64,000 nucleotides of DNA, taken from NCBI GenBank assembly GCA_038128265.1, contig JAYPJE010000018.1, forward strand, positions 1-64,000, written 5' to 3'. The position numbers and the translations under genes were made by a program. Source of the stretch: Gemmatimonadota bacterium (GTDB lineage Bacteria > Latescibacterota > UBA2968 > UBA8231). The notes below the pieces were generated by a model. It searched no databases. It saw nothing but the letters and a program-made list of their open reading frames with translations, and was not told the origin of the DNA. Position 1 is the stretch's first letter; each line of letters opens with the position of its first letter. This document shows, in pieces, positions 7,207 through 14,373 of this stretch.

Positions 7207-9702
7207 ATGATGCGTAACGCGCTCTGTGCCTTCCTATGCCTGTATGCAGTGGCTAGCCAAGCGCAGGAGGGCTACCGCAGATTTTCCGATCGGATTGAAG
7301 TCAGCGGGCGAGCAAACTGGGCGGCATGGCAAGCTCCGGTCGGCACGCGCGTGCTGCACGAAGACGGGACAGTAACTCCACGCTTTCTGCGCCGCAATAT
7401 CAACGCCACCCTCAACGCCGGCGATTTCGTCTACGTCAGCGAGGGAGATACGCTGGTCGGAGGCATCTCCGGGGCTGGGTCCAATCGCGAACGCGCCCAT
7501 CTGGCCATAGACGGCGACGACAGCACTTATTGGGAGCCCGAGCGCGATCGACCAATAGAAGATTGGTGGATCGACATAGATCTGGGCCGAGTAGCGATCG
7601 TGCGACGCATTGTGGTGCGCTTTGTCGAAGAGGGTATGGGCGACCCACTGCTCAAGTTCCGCGTGCTGGCGTCGGACGGCCGCGTGACGTTTACCTACGT
7701 GCGCCAACGCAGCTTTGAGCGCGTTGGTCTGGCCAATCTGGCCAATAAAACGCAGCGTGAATTCACCTTTGAAATGGAACCGCCGGCGCGCACCCCCGAA
7801 TCGGTCGAAGGCATTGCCGCGCAGATTATCCGAGTTGAAGCGCTCGACTCCGATGGACCGCGCGGCGCGGCGGTTGACAGCGCCGCGTACGACAGACTAC
7901 CTGCCGATGAGCGCGGGGCGATAGACTACTTTCGCCGCACGGTGGCGGGAAGACAGATTGCGGTTGCCCCATCGGTATACGCCGCACTCCCTCCCGAAGA
8001 GCGCGGCGACGTGCGCTACTACCGCTACGAGCGGCCCCGATTGGCCGAGGTCGAAGTGCATACCGTGGGTGACAACGCCGTGCGCCTGACCCGCCCGCCC
8101 ATCAACGAGCCCCTGCGCGATACCCAGGCGCGCAGCCAGCGCCCTTACACCGATGGACTGTTCGCCACCTTCGGCAACGTGCTGGAATACGATGCGCAGC
8201 GCGATGAGCGCCAGATCGTCATCGACTTGGGCGCCCAATATTGGCTTGACCGAATCCGCTTGCTGTCCCCGGCCGAACCACCGCCCGCCTATCAGCTGCG
8301 GGTATCCGACGGATCGCTCAACGCCGACGGCGAGCGCGTTTGGCGTCTGTTCGACGAGCGGCTCAACCGAGAGAGTTTTTTGCAGCTAGAGGAGCGCTTT
8401 GGCCTGCGGCGCGTGCGCTATATCGACCTGCGGCGATTGCCGCTGCCTGCCGCGCGCAGCGAGCGGGGGCAGGTTAGTGAGATACAGGCCTACGGCGAGG
8501 GCTTTGCGCCGGAAGTCATCATGTCCTCGCCCCTGATCAAGCTGCCATTTCCCGGCCTATTCACCCACGTCAGCTGGGTGGGTGAAGTCCCCAGCGACGC
8601 GCACATTGCCGTGCGCACGCGCACGGGCAACGCGCTTGAGGAAATTCTGCACTACTACTCAGACAGCGGCAATGAAATCAGCAGAGTGGCCTGGGAGCGC
8701 CGAGCAGAAGACCGGCGTGGACCCATCGTCCTAGAAGAGCTGCCGGGAGCCGATTGGAGCGGCTGGAGTCCGTTTTACTTCTCTTCGGGCGAAACCTTCA
8801 AATCGCCCGCACCGCGCCGCTATGCGCTCGCCGAAGTACGCCTGCGCAGCGAGGCGCCACTATCGGCCGCCTCGATACGCGCCCTCCGCCTGCATTTTGC
8901 CCCGCCCATCGCCGACGAGGCGGTGGCTGAGCTCTGGCCGCTGCGCAACATTCAGCCCGGATCCGATGAAGAATTCACCCTGTATGTACGCCCGACCTTC
9001 AGCGCTAATAATCCGGGGTTTGACCGCCTCTTATTGGGCTCTTCTTCAGTCGCGTCTATCGACGTGTTGGACGTCCGCTCGGGCACGGAAGGCCTGCTGC
9101 GGCTCGGGGCTGGCCAACTTCTGTGGCCCGGTTCCGTGCGCCTCGAGCGCAGGAATGAAGGACAGGTCGAGCTGATCTTTCCCGCGGCCGTGCGCCGCGA
9201 GACGCTCTATGCCATTCGCCTGCGCACCCGCGTATTTATGGGCAATACGCAGTTTTTTGCTACCCTTTCCAACAGCGCCTTTCCCGAGCGGATTCAACAG
9301 GTCAGCGCCGGTGACGCAACCGGGCTAGTCGCCAGCCAGTCGCTGGTCGCCGTGACCGACCTGAGCAATGATGAATTGCTCTCCGATGTCGATGTCAACC
9401 CATCGTTCTGCACGCCTAACGGCGATGGTACAAACGATGAAGTCGCCATACGCGCAACGGTTTTTTCCGTTCGCGAGGGAGGCCGCCTCCGCGTAGAGCT
9501 ATTTGACCTGAGCGGTCGCCGCCTGCGCGACCTGAGCGAAGAGCGCACGCGCCCCAGCGGTGAGTACGACCTGCGCTGGGACGGGCGCGATGGCAGCGGA
9601 CAGCGCGTGCCGCCGGGCAGTTATTTACTGCGCATCAAATTGGAAGTAGACGCGCGCGAGCGCGAGCACCAGATCGTGCGATTAGTGCAGGTGGCATACT
9701 GA
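7207..9702 (+). CDS. Cassette A gene 1: secreted protein with two discoidin (F5/8 type C)-like domains and a C-terminal FlgD-Ig/CHU_C-like domain
   Basis: Signal peptide ending ASQA|Q. Discoidin-like segments 'AIDGDDSTYWEP..WWIDIDLG' and 'IDLGAQYWLDRIRL'. C-terminal 'TPNGDGTND..DLSGR..WDGRDGSG..VPPGSY'. Paralog of 53885-56392. Confidence 0.8.
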   Translation: MMRNALCAFLCLYAVASQAQEGYRRFSDRIEVSGRANWAAWQAPVGTRVLHEDGTVTPRFLRRNINATLNAGDFVYVSEGDTLVGGISGAGSNRERAHLAIDGDDSTYWEPERDRPIEDWWIDIDLGRVAIVRRIVVRFVEEGMGDPLLKFRVLASDGRVTFTYVRQRSFERVGLANLANKTQREFTFEMEPPARTPESVEGIAAQIIRVEALDSDGPRGAAVDSAAYDRLPADERGAIDYFRRTVAGRQIAVAPSVYAALPPEERGDVRYYRYERPRLAEVEVHTVGDNAVRLTRPPINEPLRDTQARSQRPYTDGLFATFGNVLEYDAQRDERQIVIDLGAQYWLDRIRLLSPAEPPPAYQLRVSDGSLNADGERVWRLFDERLNRESFLQLEERFGLRRVRYIDLRRLPLPAARSERGQVSEIQAYGEGFAPEVIMSSPLIKLPFPGLFTHVSWVGEVPSDAHIAVRTRTGNALEEILHYYSDSGNEISRVAWERRAEDRRGPIVLEELPGADWSGWSPFYFSSGETFKSPAPRRYALAEVRLRSEAPLSAASIRALRLHFAPPIADEAVAELWPLRNIQPGSDEEFTLYVRPTFSANNPGFDRLLLGSSSVASIDVLDVRSGTEGLLRLGAGQLLWPGSVRLERRNEGQVELIFPAAVRRETLYAIRLRTRVFMGNTQFFATLSNSAFPERIQQVSAGDATGLVASQSLVAVTDLSNDELLSDVDVNPSFCTPNGDGTNDEVAIRATVFSVREGGRLRVELFDLSGRRLRDLSEERTRPSGEYDLRWDGRDGSGQRVPPGSYLLRIKLEVDAREREHQIVRLVQVAY

Positions 9703-12443
9703 TGAAGGCGTCTGCCAACCGCACAATCCCACGCCGTATGCACTCCGCCGCGCCGCATACAATGATCGTGGTCGGCCTGACGCTCCTATTTGCCGTCTCG
9801 TCGCTCGCGCAGTCGACGCCCGCACTCTACCCACGCTTTGAGCTGGAATACGTTGAACCCCAGCTGCACAGGTGGTATCAACCGCGCCACTTGGCAGAAA
9901 CCTATTGGCAACCTTGGTATGCTACCGATACGCAGTATGGGCGCCAACCCTACAGTCGCTACGTGGACCGTCTGCTAGAGGGAGACGACTTTTTCGACGT
10001 CTTTGGAGAGCCCATTGGCCGCGGCTGGTTGGTCTATACGTGGACACAGAACCAGCCGCAGGCCAGCGGCAGCCAGATTTTTAAGCGCCCCCCCGAAGAC
10101 CCGCGCAACAGCTCCGAACCGCGGCCCGGCAACGTCAATGCCTACGAGCGCTTTTTCGATCGGCTAGTGATCTCCGGCGACCAGCGCGGCACAACGTCAT
10201 ACCGCCTGATGGTGGGCGATGCCATCTACACGCGCTTCACGCCGCTGACCTTTTCTAAGCCACGGTATAACGGTCTGCGCTTGGACTTGGCCAACCGACA
10301 GCACAGCGCAACGATTCTCCTTTCGCGCCCCAGCGATCCCAACGGCCCCTACCAAAACGACGTCGGCCTTATAAACTCTGGCAACGGCACCCACGCCACG
10401 CATCTGCTGGCCGGCCACGCCGACCTAGCGCTGGGCGATTGGATGCGCTTTGGACTGAGCTACGTCAACGCGCACAATGCACACACGCAGAACGAAATTA
10501 ACAACGGCAACCCCCTCAATGGCACGCTGACGCTGCTACAGAACCAGCGCATCCGCAAGCTCTGGGTCCGCCTGCGCGACGATTCTCCACAGGACTTGCA
10601 AGGGGGTGCGGTCCTGCTGGCACACGACATCGTCTTAACGGATACCAGCGGACAGCAGCACCGCGGTTCGGACATAGGCTTCCTGCCAACGGTAGAAGGA
10701 GGCATCCGCAGCAGCGGCGCGCTCGTGGCCGACGGCAATGAGCACATTGTGCTGGCGTACGATCTCGACGCGCTAGACTACGAAGAGTTGACCACGGGTG
10801 CCCTGCGCAGCGTGCGCATAGATCTCGACGTAGCCGACGACTACCGCGTTGAAACGGCTTCTAACCTTCAAATGGACGGCGTGGGCAGCTCGGCCAACCC
10901 CGTATTTCTCACCCAGGTGCGCGCCAATGGCAATGTGCAAGACCGCAGCAATACCGGTCTATTGACGATTGATTATGGGCTGCCCGTAGCCAGCGAGATA
11001 TACGGAATCAACTGGGATATACCGAACTGGCGCGGACTGGCGCTGCAGGGCGAAGTCGCCGTCAATCGCCGCCTGCGGCGCTACCCCAACCCAGCACTCA
11101 AACGCCAGCGGCAAATGGCCGAAACGGCAACCGCATCATACGCACAGGCCAGCTACCGTCGCTATCCCTACCGGGCCTCACTCGAGCTGTTTTCCATGGA
11201 CGATGACTACAGCACGTCATACTGGCTGACCACGCCCAACGGCTCGCTGGTCTACGATGCCGACATACCGCAGGTCTACGAATTTGTCGATGACGACGAC
11301 GATTTCAACGCCGTGCCCGAGTGGCTGCGCCCCTACCAGTCTTCCGACGGCGAAGTCGCCTGGCCCGGCTACGACGAAAACGGTGATTTCCTCAACGACC
11401 ACAACCAAAACGGCAATCTCATCCCCGATTACGAAGAACCCTTTTTGCGCTTTCGCTCGGACCGCCCCGAGATGCTGGTCGGGCTGGATATGAACCACAA
11501 CGGCACCATCGATCGCCTGGAAAACGACCGCCGGCCCGACTATCCCTACAAGCGCGACCACCGCGGGTTTAACGGCTATGTGAAAAGCAACTTGGGCCCC
11601 GACGCCTCACTGACAGTCGGCCGCCAGGATATGCGCCTTATAGCAGGAGACGGCCGCACGCAGTCCTGGTATCTATTGGGCTTGTGGGTGCACAACCTGC
11701 CAGCAGGCCGCATGCGGCTATTTGAGTATGCCGCCCTGACCAAGGACTCGATCGCCGACGATTTAGTGCAGTGGGTGCAGCCAGTTGATGGCCAGGGACG
11801 CATGCGCGAACGGCCCGACGAATTGCCAGCGCAAAACACGTGGGAACAGACCTTGTATGCCGATCTTGACCAGCGCATCGGCCCCGACGTGCGGCTTCAG
11901 CACCGCGTCAAGTGGTCGCTGTGGCGCCAGCGGGACAGCGACGCAAGCCTGCAGCGTCGCGAGGGAAGACGCACCAGCCACCTTGCCGGCCTGATTAACC
12001 GCGCCGAATGGAGCATTCCCTTGGGCTTGGCCACGCTGCAGCCGCGATTTAAAAGTGAGTACCGCAACGAGCGACCCTACAGCACGCGCCGTCCCAAATT
12101 CAGCGCACTGGAAGAGCTGTTGACACTGCTGTGGACGCAGCCACTGATGGCCGAAGAAGTTGGCGTCAGCTACTTTCCGCGCTACGGCCGCCAGCAGTTT
12201 AATACCGTACTCGAACTGGGCGTCGAAACGAGCCGACTGTGGCTCTTGGAAGGGCGCAGCGAGGAGTATGAGCAAAACTTCTGGCGCGGCACCCTGATCG
12301 CGCAGCTGCGCAACGGCGTCGCCTATGAAGGCTATCGACTCGTCACGCGGGCCGGGCTGCGCCTGAGCCGCTGGCATTTTGATGACGGGCACAGCCAGCG
12401 CAGCAACACGCTCTTTATGACGATCAATGCGGGGCTGCAGTGA
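9702..12443 (+). CDS. Cassette A gene 2: large exported protein with Asp/Asn-rich Ca-loop-like region, putative outer-membrane beta-barrel (subfamily X)
   Basis: Signal peptide ending SSLA|Q (the true start may be a downstream Met). Motifs 'VDDDDDFN', 'DENGDFLNDHNQNGN', 'DMNHNGTIDR'. Alternating amphipathic C-terminal strands. Paralog of 51195-53885. Confidence 0.7.
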   Translation: MKASANRTIPRRMHSAAPHTMIVVGLTLLFAVSSLAQSTPALYPRFELEYVEPQLHRWYQPRHLAETYWQPWYATDTQYGRQPYSRYVDRLLEGDDFFDVFGEPIGRGWLVYTWTQNQPQASGSQIFKRPPEDPRNSSEPRPGNVNAYERFFDRLVISGDQRGTTSYRLMVGDAIYTRFTPLTFSKPRYNGLRLDLANRQHSATILLSRPSDPNGPYQNDVGLINSGNGTHATHLLAGHADLALGDWMRFGLSYVNAHNAHTQNEINNGNPLNGTLTLLQNQRIRKLWVRLRDDSPQDLQGGAVLLAHDIVLTDTSGQQHRGSDIGFLPTVEGGIRSSGALVADGNEHIVLAYDLDALDYEELTTGALRSVRIDLDVADDYRVETASNLQMDGVGSSANPVFLTQVRANGNVQDRSNTGLLTIDYGLPVASEIYGINWDIPNWRGLALQGEVAVNRRLRRYPNPALKRQRQMAETATASYAQASYRRYPYRASLELFSMDDDYSTSYWLTTPNGSLVYDADIPQVYEFVDDDDDFNAVPEWLRPYQSSDGEVAWPGYDENGDFLNDHNQNGNLIPDYEEPFLRFRSDRPEMLVGLDMNHNGTIDRLENDRRPDYPYKRDHRGFNGYVKSNLGPDASLTVGRQDMRLIAGDGRTQSWYLLGLWVHNLPAGRMRLFEYAALTKDSIADDLVQWVQPVDGQGRMRERPDELPAQNTWEQTLYADLDQRIGPDVRLQHRVKWSLWRQRDSDASLQRREGRRTSHLAGLINRAEWSIPLGLATLQPRFKSEYRNERPYSTRRPKFSALEELLTLLWTQPLMAEEVGVSYFPRYGRQQFNTVLELGVETSRLWLLEGRSEEYEQNFWRGTLIAQLRNGVAYEGYRLVTRAGLRLSRWHFDDGHSQRSNTLFMTINAGLQ

Positions 12444-14350
12444 TGGTGCGCTATCTGCAGATCCTCGTCGCCTTGCTGAGCACAGTTGCTGCCGCACAGG
12501 GCCAGCAGCGTTTCGTGCTGGGCAGCGGAGGCGCACCGTGGCAAAGCGGGGGCGGCTTTCGCGATCCGACCGTGCTGTATCAACCCAGGGGCACCAGCGT
12601 GCGCGAGGATACGACCAACGCACCCGGAGAGGCCATCGACTTCAACCACAGGCCGGGGTGGATCAGCTCGCTGTTTTTCGAGACCGATCAAAATATTGCC
12701 GCGCGCGCGCTCGAGCGCGACGGACGCGTCTTTTTGGTTAACGCATTTTACGGCGCGACGGAAGCCGAACAGCTGCGCGGCACGGTCAACGGAGATCACG
12801 ACGTAGCCTTCGAACGCAGGCCTAGCCTAACGGACCCCACACCCAAAATACGCGACGTGTGGGTCGGACTCGATTTTGCGGAGCTCGTCGGCATACATCG
12901 CGTGCGCTTTTACCCGCGCAATACGGTGGAGGCAGCGCCGTTTTTTTCTTTCCAGGACGACTATCTACGCGCCTATGAGCTGTGGATCAATCCCTTTGAA
13001 ACCGACCTGGCAACGCCCGACGTATTGGTGCGGCGCAACACGGCCAACGAACATCCCGTCGTCGACATACAGATGGCGCCGCAGTATATACGCCAGCTCA
13101 AGCTACGATCGCTGACGGCCGTGCCTTTTGAACTCGACGAAATCGAAGTCTACGGCACCGGCTATATGAATCAGGGTAGGTATCTATCGGACATTATCGA
13201 TTTGGGCGATCGTGCATCCATTGGACCGCTGCGCTGGGTGGAAGACGCGGTCGGCGACTCGCTCTTTTCCAAGCTGAGCGTGCGCCTGCGCACCGGCCAC
13301 GACGACACGCCGCTTATCTACCAGCAGTGGTTGCGCGATTCGCAGGGGCGCATTACCGGACCAACCAACGTCACGCCCGAGCAGTACTACGCGCTGGAGC
13401 GCCGCGACCGCGTCGCGCTCGGACCAGAGGACGGCGACAACTGGAGTCCCTGGTTTACCGTCGAGCGCGGTAGACTAGCCGCCGCTCCACTGCCTCGCCG
13501 CTACGCGCAACTCGAATTGGCGTTTGAAGGCCGGCTCTTCGACAGCCGATTGGTCAGAAACATCGAGTTCGAATATCTCGTGCCGCCCATCGCCGACGGA
13601 CTATGGGCCGAGGTCTATCCGCGTCTGGCCGAGGCCGAGCGACCTGCGAGCTTTCGCTATGGCGTCCGCCTAAAAAACAGGGGCGACGCGCGCGGCTTCG
13701 ATCGCTTGGAAGTAGATACTAACGTTGCAGTGACTGCCGTGCGCGAGCTAACAATAGACGGCCAGCCGACTGAATTCGAGGTCGAATACGTGCGCGAAGA
13801 CGGGTTTGCACTGCGCTTTCCGCTGGTTCAGCAAGACGGGGCCGTGCTAGAATTCACCTTTGATCTGCCCATTTTCCGCTTTGGCACGACCTTCTCGGGG
13901 CGCGCCTTCAACGCGCAATTTGCCTCCGTGCCACAGCAGCTACAGGCGGGGGATGCCGTCGACTTTGGGCCCGATGATTTCGGCCCACTCTCCGGGCTCT
14001 TTGTCGCCATTCCAAAGAAGCAGCTGGGCAAGCTAGTCGGCGAAATTGCGGTCGATAGCCGCATATTCACCCCCAACGGCGATGGGATAAATGAGCAGTT
14101 TGACCTGTCATTTAACCTGCTGCAGTTAGTCAAACCGGCGCCCGTTACGCTCGACCTATTCGACCTGAGCGGTCGACTCGTGCGCCGCGCGTGTAGCCAA
14201 GAGTTGGGCATTGGACCAGCCAAATGTGCGTGGGATGGGCTATTAGACGACGGGCGTTTAGCGGCTCCGGGCACCTACCTATGGGTGCTCACCGTGCGCG
14301 CCGACGCATTTGACGAGCAACACACGGGTGCGATTTCACTTGCATACTGA
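12443..14350 (+). CDS. Cassette A gene 3: secreted discoidin-like protein with C-terminal FlgD-Ig/CHU_C-like domain
   Basis: TGATG overlap with the upstream stop. Signal peptide, 'VRFYPRNTV', 'EIEVYGTGY', 'FTPNGDGINE...WDG...PGTY', ends in Y. Paralog of 49270-51195. Confidence 0.8.
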   Translation: MVRYLQILVALLSTVAAAQGQQRFVLGSGGAPWQSGGGFRDPTVLYQPRGTSVREDTTNAPGEAIDFNHRPGWISSLFFETDQNIAARALERDGRVFLVNAFYGATEAEQLRGTVNGDHDVAFERRPSLTDPTPKIRDVWVGLDFAELVGIHRVRFYPRNTVEAAPFFSFQDDYLRAYELWINPFETDLATPDVLVRRNTANEHPVVDIQMAPQYIRQLKLRSLTAVPFELDEIEVYGTGYMNQGRYLSDIIDLGDRASIGPLRWVEDAVGDSLFSKLSVRLRTGHDDTPLIYQQWLRDSQGRITGPTNVTPEQYYALERRDRVALGPEDGDNWSPWFTVERGRLAAAPLPRRYAQLELAFEGRLFDSRLVRNIEFEYLVPPIADGLWAEVYPRLAEAERPASFRYGVRLKNRGDARGFDRLEVDTNVAVTAVRELTIDGQPTEFEVEYVREDGFALRFPLVQQDGAVLEFTFDLPIFRFGTTFSGRAFNAQFASVPQQLQAGDAVDFGPDDFGPLSGLFVAIPKKQLGKLVGEIAVDSRIFTPNGDGINEQFDLSFNLLQLVKPAPVTLDLFDLSGRLVRRACSQELGIGPAKCAWDGLLDDGRLAAPGTYLWVLTVRADAFDEQHTGAISLAY

Positions 14351-14373
14351 GAGAGGAACCTAGCGCCAAAACC

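Noticed and set aside
9390..9702. Calling the CTD proteins flagellar hook-cap FlgD
   Set aside because: Only the C-terminal Ig-like domain resembles FlgD. The proteins have Sec signals and there are no flagellar genes in the window.
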